A stretch of 64,000 bases of DNA. Origin: Paecilomyces variotii. Its lineage: Eukaryota. Made by a program: the position numbers and the translations under genes. Below the pieces are notes generated by a model. It saw only the letters and a list, made by a program, of their open reading frames with translations, was not told the origin of the DNA and did not search any database. Shown piece after piece: positions 53,957-64,000 of the stretch (positions are counted from its first letter, which is position 1; every line of letters starts with the position of its first letter). The stretch is from assembly GCA_004022145.1 (NCBI GenBank), contig RCNU01000008.1; one strand, given 5' to 3'.

Positions 53957-56317
53957 TCAGAACCGGTTAGTACTACCTAGCTGAAACGCCAAGTTGCACG
54001 CAGTGTTATAAAAGTAATGGAATTCCTGCTTGAGCGCGTCATCTGCGGAGAGCATAGAATCGAGACCAGCAGCAGCAAAGGCGTTATCGATGGTTTGGCC
54101 ACTCATAACGTCCATATCCAGCGAGAGCACCGTGGAGTGTTCTCCGAACGGGGGTAGAAGGCGGTAGAATGCGTAACTAAGCTTCTCTCCATGGAAATCG
54201 TAGATATGAAAGCGTGATGTCCTGAACTTGACCAAAGGTGGGAAAACATACGTCCCAGTAACATACTCGTCTGATTGCCCGACTGTCTCCGCATCCTTGG
54301 GATTATTTTGGGGGTTGATGAGCTTCTTGGGAAGCGATATGTCAAAGAAGGCTTGAGATGCGTGCTGGTTCTCATCAGCCTGGGTCCGGAAAGGAAGGCT
54401 CTGCAAGAGATTGGCGATGCTCGTCACGAAAGGCTCCCCTTCTGATCGATGGGCTGCATGGCCTAGAGGAATTTCACCGGGATTTTGGCCTTCAAGTAGA
54501 TCGTAGAGTGTTTTCTTTGTGAGTCGAAGATCTTGACTGTTTTCGGGAAGTAAATAATCAATGCTGTTTTCCTGTAGAACTGCCTCGGCACTGCGTATGA
54601 CCACGGAAGTTGAGGATGCAGGGTCACCATCACCATTCAGCATGCCAACCTCAATATCGAGGATGGGGAAAGCGACGGGATTCGAGATAGAGGGCGTTAG
54701 TCGGAAACGATGGATTATTTGATGATCAGTTCCGGGAAACGGTGTCAATACCCGTATGAAAGGTCCAATTCTTGGGATATTTTCTAAGAAAATGCGGCGA
54801 GTCGACAGTTCTCCAAGGCGAGCAGCGCTGAAGGTTCTATCGCCCTGGCCGATATTGTCGAGGAACAGACACTGCCCAACCTTGGCTGTCAGGCTCTCTC
54901 TGATATGAGCTTGGTTAAGTGATTTCATGTCGATGGCTGGTGTCTGTCTGAATAATCCTAGGAGATCACTAGATAGATGCTCCCTGTGCTGGTCAAAGAA
55001 AGGAGCCACCGACTTGCGTCTATCAGCTCCCTTGGTGGGGAAAGCCCATCGAAACCATTGCGCGCCTCTGTCAGACAAAGATGCCCTTTCGCCAGTATCG
55101 GCTGAATACGCGCTCGCCTCCTCGGACGTGGGCAGGTAAGTGCAGAAAGGTATAGGGCCAATGGTCTTCCGATAGAGGGCGATATCTATGTCCCGTCGAG
55201 CTTTATCTGCTTCGGATTTGTTCCCGGCAAGATAATACATGGTGCCCTTAGAATCACGGCCCTTTCTCTCGAAAACCACTCCATGGTTCTGTTCCAGCTC
55301 GTTTATGAATTCAGGCGAGAGGTGACGGTTTTCAATGCAAGAAGCATTTGGAGGAAGAGAGAGAGTAACGCTCTCTTCTTGTATTCTTGCAGTGACGTTC
55401 TGTATCTGCTCGTGGATCTGGATACACGAACGTTCGTCACCAGTGACCCTCACGAGATTCAAGGAATGCGTGACATCGATCTTTGCCTGGTGATATTGGG
55501 CCAGGTCGCGAAAGGAGAAATGTTCGGATTTTAGAAGCAAGGCGATAGCATGAGATGGTAGATGTAAGTCGAGTTGGCCAAGTTCTCCAGCGATGCCCAG
55601 GCGCCAGCAGTCTCGAAGTATCCTTTCAGCAAGGAGCCCTTTGCCGCTGAGTTTCTCAGCAGCAGCAGTTCTGTCTGATATACGCTGCTGTGATGAGGGA
55701 TCCGTCTCTAAAAAGAGAGATGTTCCTGGCTTCCAATTGACCTGATTTGTACCTCCATCACCATTCTCACCAATCAAGTCTGATGGTCTAAATCTGGAAA
55801 TATAGGCGCCCAATTGACTAGACGTAAAGGACTGCTCGAGCTTTTGGCGCAGATCGTTCCATTCAGTATTGTTCAGCTTGTCGTGTGGCGCATAAAGTAG
55901 ACGGAACTCTTCAATGTTGGCATCTACTTCTGCGAAACCAGGCATAGTCCTCTCTTTGTCAAGTTCCTCCAATATAGATAAAAACTCATCGTCCCCGTCC
56001 GATTTCTTCTCCGTTATTTCTTTCCGGACCCGTCTATTGCCTTTCCGAGATGGTACAATGACCACCTCTCCGGGTCTACCTAATGTGCTGACATCAAGTG
56101 TGACTTTCTGTGCCTTCGAGGAGCGCAGCCCACGCTTGCATATTCGGGGTCGCTGGGGGTGTGACTGGGACTCGTGAGAATCATCGTCTGGGGCGTCATG
56201 ATATCGGGCGAATTGGTGGCGACCATCAGACGCCGCGAGTAAAGAAGTTTCTCTGCATGCAGGGGATAATCGGCGTCTCAGGAGCCCCACTGCATTCCTA
56301 GAATGCCTGGATAACAT
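53957..56317 (-). CDS. Probable mitochondrial inner-membrane regulator Sls1-like protein (intronless)
   Basis: ~786-aa ORF with an Arg/Ser-rich presequence (MLSRHSRNAVGLLRRRL); LEQSFTSSQLGAYI and LAERILRDCWRL..GQLDL segments recalled from fungal SLS proteins. Confidence 0.7.
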   Translation of the reverse strand: MLSRHSRNAVGLLRRRLSPACRETSLLAASDGRHQFARYHDAPDDDSHESQSHPQRPRICKRGLRSSKAQKVTLDVSTLGRPGEVVIVPSRKGNRRVRKEITEKKSDGDDEFLSILEELDKERTMPGFAEVDANIEEFRLLYAPHDKLNNTEWNDLRQKLEQSFTSSQLGAYISRFRPSDLIGENGDGGTNQVNWKPGTSLFLETDPSSQQRISDRTAAAEKLSGKGLLAERILRDCWRLGIAGELGQLDLHLPSHAIALLLKSEHFSFRDLAQYHQAKIDVTHSLNLVRVTGDERSCIQIHEQIQNVTARIQEESVTLSLPPNASCIENRHLSPEFINELEQNHGVVFERKGRDSKGTMYYLAGNKSEADKARRDIDIALYRKTIGPIPFCTYLPTSEEASAYSADTGERASLSDRGAQWFRWAFPTKGADRRKSVAPFFDQHREHLSSDLLGLFRQTPAIDMKSLNQAHIRESLTAKVGQCLFLDNIGQGDRTFSAARLGELSTRRIFLENIPRIGPFIRVLTPFPGTDHQIIHRFRLTPSISNPVAFPILDIEVGMLNGDGDPASSTSVVIRSAEAVLQENSIDYLLPENSQDLRLTKKTLYDLLEGQNPGEIPLGHAAHRSEGEPFVTSIANLLQSLPFRTQADENQHASQAFFDISLPKKLINPQNNPKDAETVGQSDEYVTGTYVFPPLVKFRTSRFHIYDFHGEKLSYAFYRLLPPFGEHSTVLSLDMDVMSGQTIDNAFAAAGLDSMLSADDALKQEFHYFYNTACNLAFQLGSTNRF

Positions 56318-57457
56318 ATGTAAGAACAGAGTAAAGAGAGCCGAAGTAACTACCTTGAGTTGAAAGCTAGCACAAAAGTTCATGCTCCGCGGAGTTTCTG
56401 AGCGGAAGCTACCTGATTTCGCGCTAAGCTCTAATGGGATACTTCAGACCTGAGGCATCAAACGCGTTTCAGGCCTTCTCATTTGCTGAGGGTCACGTGG
56501 CGCTGCAGTACGGTCGCGCAGAAGGACCATTAGTGAGAATATCAAAATGGCTCAGATCCGCTAATTTCTAGGCCCTCCTATTGGCCAGCGATTGTAAGCG
56601 CGAACATCGAAACTATGTACCTCAGACCCACTAATTCTCAGGTTTTATCATTGGCCTACGTAGTATAATGCCAAGCCGGTATAAAGGTTAAAACTCCTCA
56701 AACACGCTAATTTGTAGGCGCTCTGATCAGTCATAACATTATTTAGGCCAATTAGATTGCTTCAGACGCGGAGTATAATAACACTTAACAACGGGCTCTG
56801 CAACGAGTACAACTACTATATTCTTTCTTTTGTTTCTGAAAGATAGAGATGGTTATCTGCCGCTGGTATCGTCGAGACGAAATGCAAAGCATAGCATGCC
56901 CTACCGGAGTTCAAAATCCAATATGCTGCTATGAGCTAGATTCTCATCTCTGAAATTGTCGGCCCCTAGCTCAAGATGCCCTGTAGAGAACTGAGGTTTG
57001 TGTTTGTAAATCACTAGACCTGCAAGCATCAAGTCAACGATCTGTCGGAGTCGGCGGGTTTGACGTTGGACCTCTGTACAGTGGGATGAAGGAAGCAGTG
57101 TAGCTCGCCAGTCAGCCCGTTCCGATCTGGCGAACCATTTTTTTTGGATATCCAAATTCACGACAACTGGCAGGCGAAAGCTCCCAACGAGGCGGTCAAA
57201 CAGACGTTCGCTGTAAGAGCCGTCCAGCCAGATTATTCTTGAAACAGTACGCAACATTCCGCCACAGTGCAAGATAAGTGATTCGCCATAGGTAACGTGG
57301 AACCAGAAATTTAGACCGACTCCAAGAAATGGAGTTTACAGGAGTAATAACTGATCACCGGGCAACCGTCTGCTAGTTTAGCAATTGGGGACGAGTACAG
57401 ATGGTGATGGAAACGATATTCCATTTAAGAGATCCTGAACGAAGCAATTTCTGGAGA

Positions 57458-58774
57458 TCAATCCTTCACTGAAATCTCCCAGCTTCTTAGATCTTCACGC
57501 ACATCAAACTCGGATACCTCAGGAGCGGGTCCACGGTTTTTCCACTTCTTGCCTGTGCTACTGTCATACAGCTGCTGCGAAATGCTTCCTCTACTTCCAG
57601 GGCTTTCTGAACCCGACGAGATTTCTCCGCCCTTACTGTCTAGAGGGGAACTAGCACCAGAAGAGCTCTTTGGGCGTCCTGCTGGGTAGGGAGAAAGTCT
57701 TTTGTTTTGGATCGTCCTCCTGGTGTCGCCATCGCTTATCGAACTAATCTCTCCATACTCTCCTCGTCCTGGCCGTTCGGAGCGCGAGCTCTGGGCAGCG
57801 GGTGCCCAGCCAGCACCACCAGCGAAAAGATCCTCCACCAGCTGATCAGGTGGTAGTTCTCCCGCGCCGCAACTCCAAGAGGCCGCTAGAGTGCGACGGT
57901 ACATATCTTGCAAGTCCCCAGTCTCTCTGCTCTTGATGTTTATTGATGGAACCCGGCCAAGATCATCAGGATCGCCTTGTTCTGAGGAAACCACTCCGGC
58001 GATTCCACCAAAAACCATAGCAGATCTCAGGGGAGGCCTGTCCGATATCAGCACTGGAATTCAACGCTCTGGTTTCAACATACGTGATGAAGTTCCTATC
58101 ACCTTCAATTTGGTGCATGCCTATGCCAATCTTGAGCGTACTATTTACTTTGCTCTCTCGCATAAGGTAGCGTCTCGTGATGACCTCGTCAGTCTCGCTC
58201 TTGTCGACGTATTCTGCGAGGTTGAGCCGGACATTTCCCAGCAGGATCCTCTCTTCTCGTCCTCCGACCGATGAGAATTCTTGGATGATGCTGAGTTGTA
58301 AATCACACTCCTGCAGCATTTGGTTCCGATCGACCGTCATTCTAACTTGGACCACCTTTTCATAATCCCACCATGCCTTGTGATCTTGAATCATGGCTTT
58401 GTCCGTGTGGCCCCGGTGTTCCGTGGATGTGCCTGCCGGAAGACTCCATTTCACGTATCCTGTTCCGTTTGAAAGCGGAACGTTGTTGAGATCAATTATC
58501 TGTACGAAATGTTGATTTAATGACATGGGGTCATATGCACAAGCTTACAGAACAGGACCTACCCTTAGAGTGAGTTCGAACCGGGGCTATAGCCCACTTG
58601 CTCAGTAAACCATTTCATTATACCTCAAAGCTTACTGCGTACCTTTCTGCTCTTTGGAACTGTAATACTCTCGTGTCAGTCAATGCTACTATGAATAAGG
58701 GGAGCTTCCATGGAGATAACAGTATGCGGACAGTTTATGGACTTGTTTGGAGTTCACGTACCAAATGCCTGCAT
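57458..58774 (-). CDS. NT-C2 (EEIG1/EHBP1 N-terminal C2) domain protein with three 5' microexons
   Basis: MQAF|VPKSRK|PRFELTLR|IIDLNNVPL, LGNVRLNLAEYV, RRYLMRESKVNSTLKI. Confidence 0.87.
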
Positions 58775-59054
58775 TGTGCATTCTCCGTATATAAGACCTC
58801 TTACTGCTTGACGATTGTTTCCCTGATCACTCCGCTCCGGTGTGCCTAGGACGACACTCCTGAGGAGCTGACCTAGACTCCTCCGCATGCGGCGCTGGCG
58901 GTAAGCCATTTTTGTCCGGCAGAAACGCCACCGATTCTGCCGCCGCCCGCCACTTCCGCCTGGTTGAAACAGAGAAACGAACATCTTTGTTTCTCGTCTT
59001 TCCTACAGATCAAATCCCTATTATTATGAGATTACGTCCCTCTATACTACGGAA

Positions 59055-59468
59055 ATGAGTCAGCAAGCCCCTCTGTCGCCGCCGGCGGATACCAGTTTTC
59101 CTCAACCCCAGCCAGTTCCGCTTGATTCTCCGACCCGTACGACTCCGATTCATTCTGCTCTTCCTGAAATCCGCGTCCCTGGAGAGCCGCTACCGCCTCA
59201 TCGATATCACCCAGTCACTTGTACACCAATTGATGCTGTAGAAGTTCGCTCACAGCTCCAGCAGCTACGGAAGGAATATCCGTCATCCACGGCCGCTCTG
59301 AAAGCACAGGAAGAGGCGGCAAAGGATGTGAAACAGAGACTGGAGGATGCCGAGAAGAAAAGGGACGAGGTGCAAAAAGCACTGGATAAAAAGATCAAGG
59401 AGAGGGACACTGAATTGAAGGTGCTTTCAAAATACCAAGAAGTGAAAGCCTCGAAGATTCCAACTTAG
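59055..59468 (+). CDS. Small coiled-coil hypothetical protein (137 aa), divergent from the NT-C2 gene
   Basis: Pro-rich N-terminus followed by a charged heptad-rich helix; good start context. Confidence 0.75.
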   Translation: MSQQAPLSPPADTSFPQPQPVPLDSPTRTTPIHSALPEIRVPGEPLPPHRYHPVTCTPIDAVEVRSQLQQLRKEYPSSTAALKAQEEAAKDVKQRLEDAEKKRDEVQKALDKKIKERDTELKVLSKYQEVKASKIPT

Positions 59469-60160
59469 AGATCCTAGCTTGTCTTGAGACTTTGGAATTT
59501 CCCAATTACGAAACCTCGCAGATGACGAGAGTCCTGTTGTGGCTATGTGGGCTTAACACAGATACCTTTGTGGATTGGCTACCTATTTGGCTGAAGGCCT
59601 GGACTCTGGAGAATATGGGCACTAGTTGGCTTCTAAGATGTTCCGTGATAACACGCCTCCAGCACGTCGAACAAAGTGCGGTCTTATTTAAGCCTGCAGT
59701 GTGATAACTATGACAGGTCCGCCTTGGTCCAGTCATTTCCTTCATTACCACTTGTCTACGTGTCTAGTATCTCTACCGCTGGGAGCGAGAGCACGAGTCG
59801 CAAACTCCATCGGGTCCCTTAGAGTGTCACCATCACACTGAATACTACCCATAGGGCCAATCGCCAGCATCATTGCCACAGATTGAAAGCTCTCCGTTGG
59901 CTCGGTACGACTTTTCACTACCATGATCATTATGTTGACAACTTCTAGAGCTGGATACTGCTCCGAGACACAATATGGTGGATTTTCATTTTTGCATATA
60001 TTAAATTACATTAGTCGTTATCATGCCGAATACTACACCGCATGTCGTTCAGGAAGCGTTCATCATATCAGAAACATATAAAAACGTCTATCCACTCATA
60101 ATGTTCAATGCATCTTCCACATCGATCCCAGCTGGTCGTTCCTCGCGAAGTTCGAATTGT

Positions 60161-62363
60161 TCACAGGGAACCCAGCAGCTTTACCACAGTCGGTAGCAAC
60201 TACAAACAGTCAGCATTTGAGATCACGAAGTGTTTGGTTCCTAGCAAAACTTACGTCTGAGACGTCGTCAATCAACACCTGCGTCTCATTGACGAACTTC
60301 GGGGTCAAGAGAGCTTTGGCATTGTTCAGGAGACTACTAGTGGATTTCAGGAGATCCGGGGTGATGACTGGTGCTACTTCTTCAACCAGTTCTCTCGTGT
60401 CGTTGACAAATGTGGGAGTCAACAAGTTGCTAGCACCAGTTAAGAGGCCACTGACTTGCTTGAGAACATCCGGTGTGAGTGCTGGGCCCACAGTATCAAG
60501 CAATGGTCCGGCGTTTTCAATCAAGTCTTGGGTTTCTTTAACGAACTTGGAGGTCAACAGGGCATTGGCGTTGGTCAGGATAGCGCCAACTTCACCCAGG
60601 ACTTCTGGCGTCAAAACGGGAGAGACATTATCAATCAAGCCTTGTGTCTCATTCACAAATCTTGGAGTCAACAGCGAGTTGGCGTTCAGCAAGAGGCTAT
60701 CGACTTCCTTGAGAACGGCTGGGGTCAACACTGGAGCCACAGTGGTGATCAAGCCCCGAGTATCTTTCACAAAATCGGGTGTCAGCAAGTCGTCGGCATT
60801 ATCCAATAGGCCTGTAACCTGCTTCAAGAGGTCTGGTGTTAGCACTGTGGACGCTGTGCCGACTAGGCTCTTTGTTTCCTTGACGAAGTCTTGCGTCAGA
60901 AGATCATCTGCATTGTTCAGGACACTTTCGACCTGCTTGAAGAGATCCGGTGTGACTACTGGAGCCACGGCCCCGATTAAGCCTTGCGTTTCGTTGACGA
61001 AGCCCGGTGTCAACAAGGTATTCGCATTGTCCAGGACATCTTCAACCTTGTTGAAGAATGAAAGTGATAGAAGTGGACCAGCACCGCCGATGAGTCCCTT
61101 AGTTTCCTTAACGAACTCGGGGGTCAACAACTCATTAGCATTGTTGAGCAGGCCGTTGATTTCCTTGACACTATCGGGTGTCAACAGGTCGTTTGCATTA
61201 TCCAAAACGCCTCCGACCTTGTTGAAGAACGAAGGTGACAACAACGGCCCTGCTCCGCTGATCAAGCCCTGGGTATCCTTGACGAATCCGGGTGTCAGCA
61301 GTTCGTTAGCGTTATTCAGGAGACCGTTGATTTCCTTCACACTGTCAGGTGTCAACAGGTCGTTTGCGTTATCCAAAACGCCTTCGATCTTGTTGAAGAA
61401 TGAGGGTGACAGCAACGGTCCCGCTCCGCTGATCAAGTCCTTGGTATCCTTGACGAAGTCAGGTGTCAACAGCTCGTTTGCGTTGTCCAAGACCCCTCCG
61501 ACCTTGTTGAAGAAGCTAGGAGTCAATAGCGGGCCTGCGCCACTGATGAGACCGCCAATGTTCTTGACATTTTCAGGCGTAAGCAGACTGTTCGCATTGG
61601 TAACCAGACCGCCAACCTCCTTCAGCAGCTGAGGAGTTAGCACTGGTGCCACGGCTCCAATCACTTGTTGCGTATCTTTAACAAAATCCTGTGTCAAGAG
61701 GGAGTTTGCGTTACGCAAGAGACCAGTGACCTCGTTGATCAAATCAGGCGTCAACAAGGTAGATGCAGTGTTTATTAGAGATTTTGTCTGGTCTGTGGTC
61801 TTGTCATCGAGTAGATAGGCGATGTGGTGGAAGAAAGACTCGATGTCCTGTAACAAGGTCGGCGACAGGAGGCCGCTAATACCTTGCAGGAAGTTGGCGA
61901 TGTCTGTAAGAGGGTTACTAGAGGTGCCGGGCGGGAATAAGATGGATGATACACTCGGTGGCGGACTCTGAGTTGACGAGGGCTCCTGCGAGGATGTGGC
62001 AGCTGGCTGGGAGTTGCTCCCAGGCGCCTCAGTTGGCACTGCCAGTGGAGTTCCCTGCGTACTGAATGGGACCGTGAAGGCTGCATTTGCCGGACTGTTA
62101 CTTGACTCGACCGGTGAAGCTGCCGGTGCAACCGCTATGGGAGTATGCTTGGCCTCCCATGTTTGAGCTGCTGGTGCAAGTGACGTTGAAGTCTGCTGCT
62201 GATCCTGTCCAGCACTCAGCGCTGGTATAATTGCCGGTCCATTGTTTTCAGACGACAATGGACTCGATTGAGCTGGAGTCTGGATCACAGATGAGGAACC
62301 CGCTGGGCTCGCAATGGATGAGCCATTGAAAAGAAGAACGGGGAGCAGCGTTGAAGTACGCAT
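60161..62363 (-). CDS. Putative secreted/surface tandem-repeat protein (~715 aa): signal peptide, S/T/P/A-rich linker, 28 x 19-aa repeats; intron 60200-60254
   Basis: MRTSTLLPVLLFNGSSIA signal-like start, TATAAA upstream (~62459-62464 on minus strand), last exon LLPTVVKLLGSL*. Confidence 0.85.
60255..61871 (-). repeat. Coding 57-bp/19-aa tandem array, 28 units plus one 7-aa insertion
   Basis: 1617 bp = 539 aa = 28x19+7; consensus LLTP.(F/L)(V/L).(E/D)...L(L/I).(N/G)A.. Confidence 0.95.
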
Positions 62364-63729
62364 CTTGACGGCTGCCAAAATTCTCTGCCAAAGAAACAAG
62401 GGCCAGCAGGCAGACGACACGCTGGGGCGGGCGTAATCTGGAGAGTTCAATTACGCGCTTTATATCCCATATCTACTTTCCCCAGATCGCCACATTCACC
62501 TTCTCTTCACGAAATAGATCGATTCCTGGGGAAGACCCGCTCACGAGGGCTCGTATTTCATTTTCCTACAAAATCACTGGCAATTGGATGGTTCCAGCCC
62601 TTGACGGAGCTTTTGCCCGGATATGAACAACTCGGTGAGCGCCGCATCGGACGATGGCGAAGCTATCTGGCCCGGCTCTGGAATTCGGTTTACTTGGACC
62701 CCTGCTTAGTATAGCATCGAAACCTTAGAAGGAAGTTGGAGATTAATTTGAGCTTATTCCTACGCCGCTAAAACACCCACTCAGACCTCTCGAGCTCAAT
62801 TTCACGAATTAGAATCCGTAGGACAATATTACGACCTGCAATTTCTTCCATGGTCTAAGTGGGTTACCCAGGGCCCGGGGCATGATTGATCAGCACTGAA
62901 AAGGCTTTCTCTCGTACCGTAGCAATTCCTTAGAGGTGCTGGTCGTCAGTCTATAATTCAGGTACCATGCTTAATTCCGTCATTGTCTTGCAGATCTCCA
63001 CGAGAAGAGCGGTTCTCATAGGTCCCAAGTTCAGTGATATTCAGTTGCAAGACCCAGTTTAGTCTCGGTGCCTGAGCCGGTTCGTTGCTTAGCGCATGAA
63101 ACGGTTTGCGGGGAATCGGTTCCCCATTAAACTCACGAGGGATGCTAGACTAACCTGACAAGTGTTCTCTCTCCTGTTGAGACGAGCACGGCTGATGAAG
63201 TTGCAGGCTTCCGAAAAGCTAGGTAGTTCTTTGTTGGGAAGTTAGGATACCTGTATTTCATAATGATGCAGCTATCCGAGCGCAAGCACGCGACTTAAGT
63301 CTAGTCTTTTCCAAGTCACGATAAATAGTTAACATTGCGCCGTGAAAACGAAGAGATTTCGTCTTTGCCCTAGCTTTAGAGTAACTAGTTAACTTATATA
63401 GACTTGGTTAGTAATTTTCAGCTGCGATTAGTTATCTCTCGCCTTTTCGGCGCCAGCGTTCGTCTTGACTCATGGAAAGAGCAGAAATAGCATTCAAATC
63501 TGGATGGCGCGGGTCTCAAGGTATTTATAAGTATTTGCTTATCCGACACATTTTCTTCGTCAGAATGCTGTGGTCTAGTTATACCATTGTGTGTCAGATC
63601 GCGGATCCTCTGATTCACCCATTATTGAAGTTGTAACTATTGGTTGAGTTGGCTTCTCTGGCACATCTGAACCGATATAAGACACCGGCGTCAAACACTT
63701 TCTCTCAACATCGCTGATGATTAAGCTGC

Positions 63730-63749
63730 TTTTTTTTCTTTTTTTCTCT

Positions 63750-63789
<40 letters not shown>
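63730..63789. repeat. Poly-T tract (~60 bp, with a few C interruptions)
   Basis: Direct reading. Confidence 0.95.
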
Positions 63790-64000
63790 CTTTGAAAAGA
63801 GTTTCGATGGCGGTATTTTGTCCAAAACTGAAACAAACGCCCCTTAGCTGTGTTTATACAAGAAAATATGTGATGGTGTTAATATATGTCTGCTTGGAAG
63901 ACACCGGTGAAGTATAGGGCACCAGGCATATCTTTTAGCATTATTACGCTAGCCACTGCTCAGAATCAGATGCAATGTCCACCTATATCAATGCCTGATC

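Noticed and set aside
60157..61632. 491-aa ORF on the plus strand
   Set aside because: Antisense shadow of the repeat protein; repetitive codon usage suppresses stops on the opposite strand

Overview
Eukaryotic, intron-rich genomic DNA from a filamentous ascomycete. Gene content, GT-AG introns with CTRAC/CTAAC branch points and protein style suggest Eurotiomycetes (Eurotiales-like); the species cannot be fixed from sequence alone. About 28 protein-coding loci are supported. Conserved housekeeping blocks are Ase1/PRC1, mitochondrial GluRS, a DnaJ, a RluA-type pseudouridine synthase, GT90/Cap10, PP2A-A, PheRS-beta, RPS3, myotubularin, a GH5, Sls1 and an NT-C2 protein. Two accessory-looking patches interrupt them. 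The first (~15-20.6 kb) holds an Arg-rich micro-ORF, an N/Q hexapeptide-repeat protein, a chromovirus chromodomain relic and an HNH pseudogene split by a ~400-bp insert with 6-bp direct repeats. The second (~26.6-31.4 kb) holds an APH-like phosphotransferase, a frameshifted luciferase-like gene and an atypical Ser/Thr kinase. The most notable items are a ~715-aa putatively secreted protein built of 28 tandem 19-aa amphipathic repeats, a bacterial XylD-like sugar-acid dehydratase with a Cys-rich N-terminal extension, a DnaJ whose start codon is split by an intron, and a uORF-laden leader on an unknown gene. No rRNA, tRNA, CRISPR array or intact transposon was recognised. Family assignments come from recalled motifs, not database searches. 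Exon boundaries were read by eye.
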